Under the pieces are notes generated by a model. The model was not told where the DNA came from and searched no databases. It worked only from the letters and a program-made list of their open reading frames with translations. A program made the translations under genes and the position numbers. A stretch of DNA of 63,152 nt, filler included, from Rhabdomonas costata (Eukaryota), in assembly GCA_019059605.1 (NCBI GenBank). It is 32 parts of 32 records of this genome, joined end to end, with 100 filler letters (N's around TTAATTAATTAA, not from the genome) between each part and the next. Parts side by side here need not be neighbours in the genome. Positions count along the whole stretch, not along the records: positions 11,898 to 13,773 come from JAHMHO010007877.1; positions 13,874 to 15,749 come from JAHMHO010007878.1; positions 15,850 to 17,725 come from JAHMHO010007879.1; positions 17,826 to 19,700 come from JAHMHO010007880.1; positions 19,801 to 21,676 come from JAHMHO010007881.1; positions 21,777 to 23,652 come from JAHMHO010007882.1; positions 23,753 to 25,628 come from JAHMHO010007883.1; 25 more parts are not named here. One strand, written 5' to 3'. Below, in pieces: positions 12,664-24,162 of this stretch. Position 1 is the first letter of the stretch; every line of letters begins with the position of its first letter.

Positions 12664-13577
12664 CCATTAGCTGGTGGGAGGTGTCCCGCTGGTGTCTGGT
12701 GAGGCACTGCGTGACGCCCACATCGAGCAGGACAAGGTAGGGCATGGGGTCTTCGGGGTGACGGCACACCAGCACATTTCCAGGATGAATGTCGGCGTGG
12801 AAGAAGTTATCTGTGCGCAAGTGGAGAACGCGTTCGGCACAGGGGAGTGGAGTGTGGCGGGGCTTTTCCTGAACAATCTGGCCATCATCCATCATCTCCG
12901 ACGGTAACCCCATGCTTGTGGAAAAAACGAAACGCTGCTGCTCGAGCCAGCAGCAAACACACATTCACACACCGGCAGATCCACACTCCTTCACCGCTCG
13001 CATTGTGGGTGCGTGCGGCGTGCGTGCGTGGGGTAACACACACCGGTGATGATCATCTGAAGGAAGAGGTCGGCACCCTTCTTGGCCAGGTGGCGGTGGG
13101 CCGGGGTCACTAGGCTGGGGTTCTTCGCAATCTCTGCGCAGTCAACCCCCACCCCACCCCGACAAAGCGGTGCACCACAGGGCATTCGCATGGTTTCCGA
13201 ATGAAAATCGCAGTATCCGCACCATAACAACAGTCATGCACCCCTCCTCCAACAAAGTAGAGCCGTTTTCTTTTCTCGGCCAAATCCATAGCGAGGCTTA
13301 AAATAAGAAAGCAATGACGACAGCAAAAGGGTAGTCCACGATAGCCACGGACAACCCTTCTCAGCCTTTCTGAGCTCGGGAAGGGGGCTGAGGAGGAAGG
13401 CAGGCGCGGGCACGAGTGGTTGAGGGGGATCCGCACCCTCGGGGCGCCCGCTGTACCACTTGTGGATGGGCTCGCCGTCGACCTTCTCCTCGACCAGCAC
13501 CAGCTCCGCGGCCATCCCAGGCACGGGCTTGGGGAAGGAGATGTACTTGCTGTCCGCAAAGTTCCGGTTGAAGGTGT
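12664..13577 (-). CDS. ABC1/ADCK (UbiB-family) atypical kinase, internal exons (13577-13437, 13133-13044, 12810-12664)
   Basis: Spliced product FNRNF...ISFPKP...VLVEEKVDGEPI...LAKKGADLFLQMIIT-DNFFHADIHPGNVLV...LVLLDVG has the HADxHPGN catalytic loop and DxG motif. All junctions are GT-AG, phase 1. Confidence 0.9.
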
Positions 13578-13873
13578 CTGAGCGTAGGGAGAGTTTGATG
13601 CAATTCTTACGCTTTCCTCGCAGCCGCGTTTTTTTATGATTTTTTTTTACGATATGTTTCGTACGTAATTTAACGACGAAAACAAAAAGAAGGGGAGAGA
13701 AGGAGGCTCTGGTGGCGGGAAAAGAACTGCTTGAACTATTTTTCTTTCCCCATGCGCTATTTCCCCCAACACCNNNNNNNNNNNNNNNNNNNNNNNNNNN
13801 NNNNNNNNNNNNNNNNNTTAATTAATTAANNNNNNNNNNNNNNNNNNNNNNNNNNNNNNNNNNNNNNNNNNNN

Positions 13874-14053
13874 AGCGCAGGCTGCTGTCGTCGCTGATGA
13901 TCACTCCCACCCGTGAGCTGGCGATGACAGCAGCCTGCGCTCGGGGTCTTTGGTGTGCCCATTCTTCACCACATCCTTCGCGACTGGGCAGCCGACAAGA
14001 GCTCCAACGACCCCGAGCGCAGGCTGCTGTCGTCGCTGATGATCACTCCCACC
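13874..14053 (+). other. Scrambled inverted copies of DDX24 exon 2 (amplification/assembly chimera)
   Basis: Pieces are reverse complements of 14278-14397 (for example agcgcaggctgctgtcgtcgctgatgatcactcccacc occurs twice), located at the contig edge. Confidence 0.85.
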
Positions 14054-14209
14054 TGTGCACTGTCACTGCGCTTATTCGCTCCGATATTCTTTTTGGGGTG
14101 GCACAGCCTCCTTGGGTCAATCAATTCCATTGTCAAGGAAACCCAAATAACATGCAGTCAACTCCTCCATCTCGCCTCTTCCGCTGCTGCAACCCGCTTC
14201 CTGGCACAC

Positions 14210-15306
14210 CTCCCACAATGGTCACGATCTGGATGGCGGTGTACTTCGCCACGTTCAGAAGGTGCACCTGGATTTGCATCGCCAGCTCACGGGTGGGAGT
14301 GATCATCAGCGACGACAGCAGCCTGCGCTCGGGGTCGTTGGAGCTCTTGTCGGCTGCCCAGTCGCGAAGGATGTGGTGAAGAATGGGCACACCAAAGGCC
14401 AGCCTGAGGATCAGCACACACACATACTTTGCGGACGTGGCGACGGATACGGACATGAGTATACAAACCGCAGCAATCACATCAACTTGAAAACACAGAA
14501 AATATTTCCCACCATACTCATGGCGCGGCGGCGCTTCGTCGTTGCCGCAAAGAAGGAAACCTTAAGCCTCGTCTGGTGCGCGATGATTTGGAACAGAGCG
14601 TAGTGGCTGCTCTGTTGCACCCTCCCACACACCATCAAGCACAATACTACCTGCTATGCTCGGAACAAGGTCCAATAGTCTGCATGGTGCGCGATCACAC
14701 GTCAAAAACATCGGACTAACATATGTCACGACATTAATTAAGCAAAGGAGCCCGTGCGGAGGAAAGAGTGGCGTACGTCTTCCCCGATCCCGTCTCCGAG
14801 GCCGCCATCACGCATCGGTGGCTCAGCGCGGCATTCAACGTGGCCCTTTGGATCGGCGTGGGCTCCACAAACCCACCCTCTTTTAAGCCCTTTAGCAGCA
14901 GCGGCTCAATCCCTGCGGAGACCCAATCGATCTCCCCGGGGGCCTCACCTCCGCCCTGCTCCGAACCTTTTCGAGGCGCGCCCCCCGAGGTTGAGGTCTC
15001 TGAAACATGCCGCTTCTTCACGCTGCCCAGGCCCACACCCGCACCCTTTGAAGAGGACATCCGCTGAACCAGACGATCGCGGAAGGACAATTTGTGTCCA
15101 GCTGAGGGGGTGGCAGACCCCTTCGCCGCCTTCGCTTCCGCCGCAGCCTCCTGTTGCTGCTGTTGAGCCTCCTCCTCCTCCTCGCGCTTCCGCTTGCGCT
15201 CGCGGCGCTCGCGGTTGCGCTGCTTCTTCCGCTGCTCTGCCTCGCCCTCGATTTGAAGCCTCGCGGCGCGCTCATGCGAGGACTCGCGCCGGACACTCAG
15301 CTCCAT
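14210..15306 (-). CDS. DDX24: DEAD-box RNA helicase DDX24/Mak5-like, 5' exons (15306-14777 and 14403-14210)
   Basis: Q motif GFVEPTPIQ, motif I ASETGSGKT-LAFGVPI, motif Ia TPTRELAMQI and VAKYTAIQIVTIVGG, after a charged N-terminus. GT-AG phase-2 intron. Confidence 0.85.
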
Positions 15307-15492
15307 GGGGTTCGGAGACAGAAACAAAGTCGGAATTAGGGGAACCACAATTCTGGAACGAGTGGGAATCGAACCACACTCACGTCTCGCGAGAGAAACA
15401 CTTTGCAGCAGATTGCTTTACATTTCCGAATTTGACAATCTCAGGGGGCAGCTACAGTATTAAAATCTGGTGAAATAGCACTGTAATGCAAG

Positions 15493-15630
15493 GCCCAAGA
15501 CCTACAAAGCCTAGTGCACCGAGAAGCCATCAAATCAAGCATCGGAACTGACCGTGTGGAGGACGTGGAGGATCGTCTGGAGGAGTTGCACTTTCGAGCC
15601 AAGGCTAACAGACAAGCCTGCATGCAGTGA
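15493..15630 (+). CDS. Possible terminal exon of an unknown coiled-coil protein
   Basis: AG then AQDLQSLVHREAIKSSIGTDRVEDVEDRLEELHFRAKANRQACMQ*. Looks coding but no family recognised. Confidence 0.3.
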   Translation, partial: AQDLQSLVHREAIKSSIGTDRVEDVEDRLEELHFRAKANRQACMQ

Positions 15631-16170
15631 AGGGCCTCCTGCATCCACGCACAAGTAGTCTGATTATCCTGATTTTCTCTCTCTGCGTGTGTGTGTTGTG
15701 CGACGGCGATGGGGACAACAATATGTCATAGTCACAGCCATGCAGTCATNNNNNNNNNNNNNNNNNNNNNNNNNNNNNNNNNNNNNNNNNNNNTTAATTA
15801 ATTAANNNNNNNNNNNNNNNNNNNNNNNNNNNNNNNNNNNNNNNNNNNNGGTTGGGTGTGTGGTATCTCTCAAGGCCCCGCGTTGAGAGATACCACGCAC
15901 CCGCCCCAAAGTACCCCAAGAAAAAAAGGGGGGCCCACGGGCAGAAGCCTAGAAACAGGTCGCAAGACACTCTAGTAACTGTGCGTCAGCCTTCATTAGA
16001 GATACTTATGAGATCACTCCAAACTTTATTTTGACGAAGTCACTGACGGGGACTCAATCCCAATGAGGACATTAGGCAAGCACGACCGCAGACGATTAAG
16101 CTGCACAGTCCGGCGCCAAAATGCTTGATGTTTCCTTCTTGCATGAGAGTACCACAGCAATCTTCTATCT

Positions 16171-16300
16171 CCAAACCAAAACCAAAACCAAAACCAAAAC
16201 CAAAACCAAAACCAAAACCAAAACCAAAACCAAAACCATAACCATAACCAAAACCAAAACCAAAACCAAAACCATAACCATAACCATAACCATAACCAAA
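16171..16300. repeat. Compound hexamer microsatellite (ACCAAA)n/(ACCATA)n
   Basis: About 21 hexamers in alternating blocks, directly visible. Confidence 0.95.
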
Positions 16301-16748
16301 GTGGCTCGCTCCTTCCATTCTTTTTCCTTTCTTCCTGTTTTAACCTGTGCGTTCACCATACCTGCATCTATACCCCTATGCCGATTCCTGGAGCCCTTTG
16401 TATTTGCTGGTCGTATACTCGCATCTGACGATGCTCGTATACTCCCTAAATGTGATGGTTCATGTGCATCACCAGAATAAGCCGCTTACGCATACTCACC
16501 TGCACCCTGGAACCCGCAACTTCAGCTTTCACTTTGATCATTGGTCAAATTGACTCGCGAGGAAAATCAAAAACTTTGGAATATCTAGAATAATGGTTGA
16601 AACTCATCCATCGCCGAGAGCACTCTCACCAACATCTGCATCACTCAAAAGCCCCCACCTGCGCTCATGAACATGGCTGAAGCACTGGTACGTCTTAGTC
16701 ATGGGGTGCACACAATCGTCAACCTGAAAACTGGGCCAACCCACTCCT

Positions 16749-16943
16749 CTACTCAGCACCCGAGGCGTGTGCTGCAAGAACGGCGTGCCGCCCACCCAGG
16801 GTGTACTTCTCGCCATCGAACAGCAAAACGTCCTCCTCTACAAGGTCCCCCAGGAAGTCCCGGAGCTCCCGCAAGGATTTCGAGAAGGGAGGGTTTGTGG
16901 GCATCGACTTGAGGTAGCTGTGCATTGCCTCCAACGTGCACGA
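16749..16943 (-). CDS. ANAPC2: Anaphase-promoting complex subunit 2, C-terminal winged-helix domain (last exon)
   Basis: SCTLEAMHSYLKSMPTNPPFSKSLRELRDFLGDLVEEDVLLFDGEKYTL resembles the APC2 C-terminus (L.RIH..LKMF....P.YDKSL.QL..FL..LV.E..L....G.Y.L). TAG acceptor and TAG stop. Confidence 0.78.
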   Translation of the reverse strand, partial: SCTLEAMHSYLKSMPTNPPFSKSLRELRDFLGDLVEEDVLLFDGEKYTLGGRHAVLAAHASGAE

Positions 16944-17825
16944 CTAGGTTAAAGTGAGCGAAAGAGAGGGGGAGAGAGAGAAGAGAGATGTCGTGAGCAT
17001 TCACCACATCCACGCATAAGTGAATCTGTCACAGCTATATCAAAACCGCTGTGTTCTACACACACACGTCTGCAAACTCAGTATTTTTCGGGAAGTGATG
17101 ATGAATTTGGTACATGAGTGGGACAAGCGCCCAAAAGAAATCAGTGCCTACGAGCCCAAAAAGAAACATGCGTTCGAAAGGCAGTTTTAGGACCATTTGA
17201 TACCCCAGCACGCCCACCAAAAAGGCTTGTGTACGTGAGTGTGTATTAACACATCTGTATGAGTTGTCAAACGGAAACAGAGTAAAACTATCGGGTGGGA
17301 CGCACAGAGATTCCAGTCAAGTTTCAACGTTTCAAAGCCAAGCAAAAAAAAGGGGTGAAGCGGTGGATGTGGTGGTTCGCAGAGCCCAAACCTGGCGGTG
17401 GCTGAGCAGGCGGCACAGCGAAGTCTGCACCTCACGCCAGATCTGCGAGCAAACCGACAACGCAAATGCAGCTGTTCTGGACACTCAGCAACGAAGGCAG
17501 AGAGGACTGGCTGGCGATGAGTGACTTGGCGGGCGGCACAGAACGACAAAACTAGGAAACTACAAACACCTTGCCAAAATGAGGTTTTTGGCTCGAAGCC
17601 ACGGCCAGTAAAAACGCCCTGACCGGCCCTCTGCTGACTGCGGCAGAAGCACCAAAAGGCCCTTTCTCCTATTCATTCAGATTAACGCATAGTCTCGGAG
17701 GACACACCACTGACACACAAACCCCNNNNNNNNNNNNNNNNNNNNNNNNNNNNNNNNNNNNNNNNNNNNTTAATTAATTAANNNNNNNNNNNNNNNNNNN
17801 NNNNNNNNNNNNNNNNNNNNNNNNN

Positions 17826-19560
17826 GTGGTTGTGTTCTTGCCGCACTGCTTTGAGACGTGAAAGCAATAATCTGTTAATGGATGTCTTATGTGTTGTGAA
17901 CCGCTTGAATTTGATAGGTCGCGATGTCTTTTACTAAGGTTGTAAAAACATTGTTTCTTGGCGACGACAGCACACGCTCTCTTAGTATTGAACAAAAATT
18001 TGCATCCTATGAGTGAGTACAAACAAGAGGAGCATGTGTTTTTGTTGTAATTAGACATCACTCCCAATGAAGACAACTTGAGCATGGGATTGGGAAGGTG
18101 CTTTTGAAAAAAATATTTCATAGAACCGGACTTTACAAATCGACTATGATGAACTGGTATCGAATAAGTGACACGTCCATCGGCATAGCTCGAATTTACA
18201 TACTGTATAAGTACAGTTATAAGGGGTCTTCAAACGTCCTTTTGGTGAGGGCATGTGACCAAAAGGCAAGGAAGAGCCAAGACGTCGCATCAACAGTTCG
18301 CCTTTTGATGTCAATTGGCGCCAACAGAGCCTTTTGAAAATAACAGAAGTCTAACTAAATATTTTTATTTAGCTTCATCTTTTCAGGTGTGACCTGTGTG
18401 GACATGTGTTTTCATGACTGCTTGCTGTGAAGGTTTGGGTGGTTGACGCGCACGCTGCTCTAATGTGATAATTGTGACCACACATCTAAGCGTGTTGTGA
18501 ACTGGCTTAAGTCGTCTGCTTGCGATGAGTATTGCGATTTCCGCCTGCTGGTGCACACACTTCAACTAAGTATGATTCCAAGTGACCAGAAGCCTCCGGC
18601 GTCTGAATGGGCACATTGTTTGAATTGTCTGTTTGAACGTGAGATGTGTGCCAATGCGCAGCATTGTTTCACTCCTATATCTTATATGTGCTGCATTGTG
18701 TGGCAAAACATTGTCGCACTTCTGATATGGCTTCGCTTGTTGGGCTGTTTTAATGAATTATGATGGAACGTCCTCTCGGCACAAATTCCATAGTGAACGA
18801 CAACACATATTCCTTTGGTTTGTGATGAATCTTGAAACTCCTCATTTTGTTGTTGTTAAAGGGCAGATACTGGCCACACCAAACGTTTTCAGTTCCCACA
18901 AACGTTCACGTCAGTAACAAACAAAAAGCCATGCCGGCAGTGGCCAGCTGAGTGTCCAGATAATTGGCGGTTAGAGGGTACTGAGAATATGCTGGGGAAA
19001 TTCTGAACATGGCCTGGTGTGTTGCTGTAATCGTATGTAGATGAACTATTTGCAATTTATTGTTTCGAAGTGTGAGTTCTCTTATTCTTTTTTCCATAAG
19101 AGCCTTATCTATAATCACCATGAAAATGTTCTTTGCATGTAAAATATCAGAATGTTTGCTTCATGAAAACCTATAATTAGATTAAGCCAGATCTTAATAC
19201 AGAAGAGAATTGCGCACATCTGGATTCTAGATCATGTTATCTTTGACCAAACTATATTTGGAAGCCAAGCAGATGTGCTGAGAAGCATGGGTGTATATTT
19301 GGATTCACGAATTTTGACTACGGTGTCTTGTTATTATCAAACTACAATGAAATGCCTCAGATTGCAACGCCAGTGTGGTGCAGACGCGTTTGCAATTGTT
19401 GACATCCTGCAAGTAGTTTTGAAAAGACGTAAACCGTGTTTCCTTTGAAAATAAAAGTTGTCTGAAAAGACGGGGATGACCAAAAGAGGACGGAAAGGAG
19501 AAATATTGACAGTCGCTTTTGTATCAAGTTGGCATTGTATGCAAATCAATTTCTGCATGC
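17826..19560 (-). mobile_element. Heavily decayed Ty3/gypsy-like LTR retrotransposon pol
   Basis: AT-rich contig with no exon structure. Minus strand shows protease-like IQCQLDTKATVNI (~19500-19540), possible RT start SAWLPNIVWSK (~19250-19280) and integrase-like SHALTKRTFE ... PMDV..YQFIIVD/RFYEI (~18115-18260), in PR-RT-INT order, with many stops and frameshifts. Confidence 0.45.
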
Positions 19561-20338
19561 CTTATTCATTCCATTCAACATGCTGAAACTACTTCAGACA
19601 GCACTCCGTGCCACACTGTTGCAAAAATCCTCACTTTGTAAGTGTCAATGAGACGTTTGAATTGATGATTGACTTAAATCAGTGAAGATTCAAAAAAACC
19701 NNNNNNNNNNNNNNNNNNNNNNNNNNNNNNNNNNNNNNNNNNNNTTAATTAATTAANNNNNNNNNNNNNNNNNNNNNNNNNNNNNNNNNNNNNNNNNNNN
19801 GGTGTGGGGGCAGGAGCTGTGCACGTCCTTGAATTATCAGACTATCTATCAAACGGCAGGGGGCCGGATCAACTAGACTTCCACCAGGACGGTCACTGTT
19901 TGACACCCATACCGGAAATATATCAATGTGGTGGGACTAATTCACGAGGATCAAGGCTGTATTTTGATTCGGTCAGTTCGGGGTTTGTGGTTCTCTTTTC
20001 ACTCCCTGTTTGGGGAACAGATTCAGCACCGCAGTAACAATCCAAAAGCAGCAAAACAAAGGGGTAGTGAACCCCACCACCACCACAACAACAACAACCA
20101 TCACCATATGGTTGGAGAACCTCCGCTGCAGCATAGGGGGCGATTCAAGTGTCCCTTGGGATTCAGATAGACGACTGTGCTAAATGTACGCTTCGATGGG
20201 AAACCGATCCAAAATTCCCCAGGAGGGGGGGAGGGCGAGGCGTGTCCCTTGAAACTCTGGTCGCCATCTCAATGCTGGCCACATACGATAGCGATGGGGA
20301 TAGCGTGGAACAAGGCAAAAGCCCCCTTTCTCTCGGAC

Positions 20339-21676
20339 CTCCATCCGCGCTGCCAGGTTCACGGTCTTGCCCCACACGTCAAATGCGGGGCACTTCCCCT
20401 GCAGCACCCCAACCGTCACCGGGCCACACGCCACTCCGTACCGCATCGCGCACTTCCCCGACAGCTGCCGCTGCTCCTCCTCCTCCGTCCCCGTGTGCTG
20501 AGACGACACCACAGAGGGCCGGCTCCGCGCACTGGCCCGGCGGTGTGCCAGTGCCCGCCTCTGCTCCTTCCGAAGAACTGCAGAGGTCGCCGCGATTGAC
20601 TGCAAGCACTGCCCAGCCTCAGGGTGGAGGTACTTCCCGGAGAAGATCTGCGTGCATACGCTGGCGAACTGAAGCATCCGCAGGCTGGCGCTGCCGGGGG
20701 GCTCGGAGTCTGCTCCACTGCCGGCGGGGCCTAGCCCAGGAAGCCCTGAGATCGCGAAGTAGGCGTCCCCGATGGTCTTGATCTTGTGCACGTAGTAGTG
20801 GTCCGCGACGTGGTCCATCACAAAGAAGACGTAGCCGATCCACCCCAGCATCTCCTCCGCGGTAAGGCGGTTCGAGATCCCCGAGAAGTTACAGATGTCC
20901 GAGAAGAACATCGTGGCCTAAATTGCAAGATGCCCAACGTTCGATGGAGGGAATCGAGTCTGGCGCGGAGCGCTTGGTGCGGGTGGTCTGTTAACGAGGT
21001 TGCTGATGTCTGGATGTGTGGATGTGATGAGGATAAGAACGCGGGGTGTTATGAATTCACCCTTACAGCCAAACAACTCCCGATGCAGGCCTTTCCCATC
21101 TCGCAGCAATCAGGAGGGGGGCTCTGGCAGTTGCGCACCTCTGGGAGCTCCAGGTGGATCTGCGAGTCCCCAGCTAGCAGCCGCTCCGAGGCGAACTTGG
21201 GGTACAGCGCGGAGACCAAGTTCTCAAAGCTTTGCTGTGACCCCCCAGGAAACGACTGCTAACTGGCTACCTTTTGCAGTGGACAGCATTGTCTAACAGT
21301 GGAAAAGGAGAATATAAAATATCATCAATCAAAGGTGACACGCAACTAAAAAAAGAACAGAGCTGAGACGAAAACCTTTTGCTCTTGCACAGCCTGCTTG
21401 CTCCGCTCCCACGTCTCCTCGATGCTCGACAGTAACCGCCGCGCCGCAACGTGCAGAAGCAGGCACCCCGCGATGACCAACGCCAAAGCCGATAGGACGA
21501 GGATAATCACCCGGAGAATCATCGGGCCCTCCACCTCGCTGCGGTCCACCTTGAACACAACCCCAGCCGACAGCGCCGCGATGTGGCCGTACGCGCTCAG
21601 CACCTTCACCCCGCGGTAGTCCGACCCGCTCTGCAGCCCACTGCCCCCGCTCACCGCGGCCCACAACGCCCCAAAG
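20339..21676 (-). CDS. Class III adenylate cyclase with upstream Cache-like region and TM helix (exons >21676-21376, 21234-21139, 20917-20339)
   Basis: DYRGVKVLSAY...GVVFKVD, TM ILRVIILVLSALALVIAGCLLL, linker LVSALYPKFASERLLAG, and catalytic ATMFFSDICNFS, KIKTIGDAY, GPVTVGVL, FDVWGKTVNLAARME. Phase-0 GT-AG introns. Confidence 0.92.
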
Positions 21677-22421
21677 NNNNNNNNNNNNNNNNNNNNNNNN
21701 NNNNNNNNNNNNNNNNNNNNTTAATTAATTAANNNNNNNNNNNNNNNNNNNNNNNNNNNNNNNNNNNNNNNNNNNNGTTGTGTTTGAACAGTGTGGTTGC
21801 TGAATGCAGTTATCTTTGCCAACGGCGCACTGAAAAGGCGACATAGTGACACGGCTTCTCTAATGGAGTGCTTCCCTCTGCTTCATTATTCCCAATTCTT
21901 TCACTTTCCACCTTTCTTGGGTGTTGTGCCGGACTTTGGACACCTTGATTTACTTCTGTGCTTCAGGAATTTTTCAGCCTTTTTTGACATTAAATGACCT
22001 TATGAGGGTCGTCACATCTCCCCTTTGAGGTTTGCAGTTATCGCTTCGGCTGTAACTCTCACCTTTGACATGACGCGCCATATTTGCACGTTTTGCGGTG
22101 ACGTCAGAAAAGAGAGTGTGGGTCCAATCATTTTCTAAGTGGACAGTTGACGAGTTTTCACAAGAGAGTTTCCGCGAACCCCTTTTTCCTTTGGAAAAGC
22201 CTACTGCGATGGAAATAGCGATGAAAAACCATAGCGCTCCGTTTGGCACAAGCCTCTGCCAACCGCTCTGCTTTTCGTTAGTTAAGTTATTTTTGTTTTG
22301 GGTTTGTTTGTTTTGCCAGGGACCAGCATTAGCCCGTGGTCCCTCCCTCCATCTCCACCCAACTCTCCCTCTACCCAATTGTCACTGTCAGGTTGGAAGG
22401 TGTGTGTGTGGGGCGGTGTAG

Positions 22422-22600
22422 TTCCCTCGGAGATGACCGCGGAGCAGTTCTGGGCGAGGCTGTGGTTCCGCAAGGAGCGCGCTCCCGTGGCCGTGCCCAC
22501 CGGCCTGTGCGCCCAGCTGGCCTCCCCACAGTCCAGCTCCTCCTACCCCGATAGCCCTGTGGTGTTGCCTGGGATGTCCCCGAAGTCCCAAGGCTCTCGG
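22422..22600 (+). CDS. Exon with BSD-domain-like C-terminal motif
   Basis: TAG acceptor then (V)PSEMTAEQFWARLWFRKE, resembling the BSD LVP..xs.e.FW.RYF motif, followed by an S/P-rich tail and a GT donor at 22601. Confidence 0.45.
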
Positions 22601-22944
22601 GTGATGCACCTCCCCTCATCCTCCCTCCCTGTCTTGTACGAAGTAAAAGGACCGGCCGCAGCGTTTCCATGCTGCATATTCCAGAGAAGACTTCAGAACC
22701 TCGCATCAGCTTCGCTCTAGTATCTGATGATGTTTGGTTTAGCATCGATGGAGCTGCTGTTCGCGCAGAAGCGTCCCTGCAAGAGAAGAGCTCTGCAACA
22801 CAACTCCTGGTGCGAACTGGGAATGTGAATGGTGGTCAAGGGAGGGTTGCGTCCTCCCTGTCCCTCTCCTGTTCCTGGTTTGTTGTTGCCCTCTTGTTTG
22901 GCTCCGCTGTGCGCATGCTCATCTCGGGTCTCGGTTTGCGGCAG

Positions 22945-23074
22945 GAGCGCGTGGTGAAATCCGACATGGAGGTGCTGTTCGAGCGCTACAAGGCTGCCGG
23001 GGTGGCGGAGGGCGGCGACGACTCCGCGGATGCCATGCAGGCCGCTTCCTTCGTCACCTTTGCGGAGGAGCTTC
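22945..23074 (+). CDS. DCN1-like (cullin neddylation) protein exon
   Basis: ERVVKSDMEVLFERYKAAG...DAMQAASFVTFAEEL resembles the PONY-domain start (LE.LF..YK......I...G...F..DL). CAG and GTATG boundaries. Confidence 0.5.
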
Positions 23075-24162
23075 GTATGCGCAGCACTCCTCCGCACGCC
23101 CATCCCTCCGCCACGCACAGCCTCGCTGAAAGAGCCAATTTGCTGAGTCTCCCTCGTGACTTCCAGTGGTCTTCACGGAGATCTGGGAAACGTCGGGACA
23201 GATTCTAACCCTCCAGCCCTGAGCGAGAAAGTCTTGCTGGAGGGTTAGAAGGGATTCAATGGGATGCATGGTAAATTGGGTTCGGATATCGCCCCCCCCT
23301 CCCTTCAGTTATATTTGCGTGCTTGTTTGGGTTGACCTCGGGTTCGAGCTTCCACTTGTTTGAGTTCTTGGTTGCTCTCTCTCCCTCTCTCTAGCTTCGG
23401 CGCCCCCATTCCGGGTAGATAGCAGAGTCCTGCATTTTGCCCCCAATACAGCAACCCGTCATCCTTTGTCCGCGTAAAAATGGCAATATTTGACGATAGA
23501 CATCAATGAAGATTTGTCAAAGTCTTCAAAAATGAAAGTGGTGGTGAATTGTGTCGTCCGTTTTTCCTTTTCTGGATGTTTCGGTTGTGCTGTCGAATTG
23601 CTTGTCAGCGTCGCTCGCTTTTGATCTCGTCTCCTTTACCCCACAAACACAANNNNNNNNNNNNNNNNNNNNNNNNNNNNNNNNNNNNNNNNNNNNTTAA
23701 TTAATTAANNNNNNNNNNNNNNNNNNNNNNNNNNNNNNNNNNNNNNNNNNNNTTTTTTGTGTAAGCGCCGAGTTTGCGAGTTGGCTATGTCCTCGCTCTT
23801 CGTAAACACTCCCGCGCGAACTCGGTTTCTTGGGCCACTTTGACATATTTTGATTTTAATGCGTCTATGGCCCGAAAATCGTGCAAGTAACCGCTTTCCA
23901 GGAAGCTTTGTTTCCAAGCTCTACCTGCCAGGTTCTCAGATTCAGAGCTGGTCTTGTGAACTTCTCCCCTCAAGTCTGATTTCCTGCCTCTGACTCTGTG
24001 TGCAGTGTGCACAGATCACACACTAGAAGCCGTTTTCCGGAAAATATAAACCGGCAATATGCCATTACACTCAGCAGTGCACACCCTGTACCGAGGGTTC
24101 GGCTTCACTGTGGGAAATTACACGCTTTTCTTTCATGGGGTGGCAACACGGCACGTTTTTAG

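Noticed and set aside
16040..16480. GF/GY-, TK- and VL-repeat proteins
   Set aside because: They are translations of a hexamer microsatellite with no coding context.
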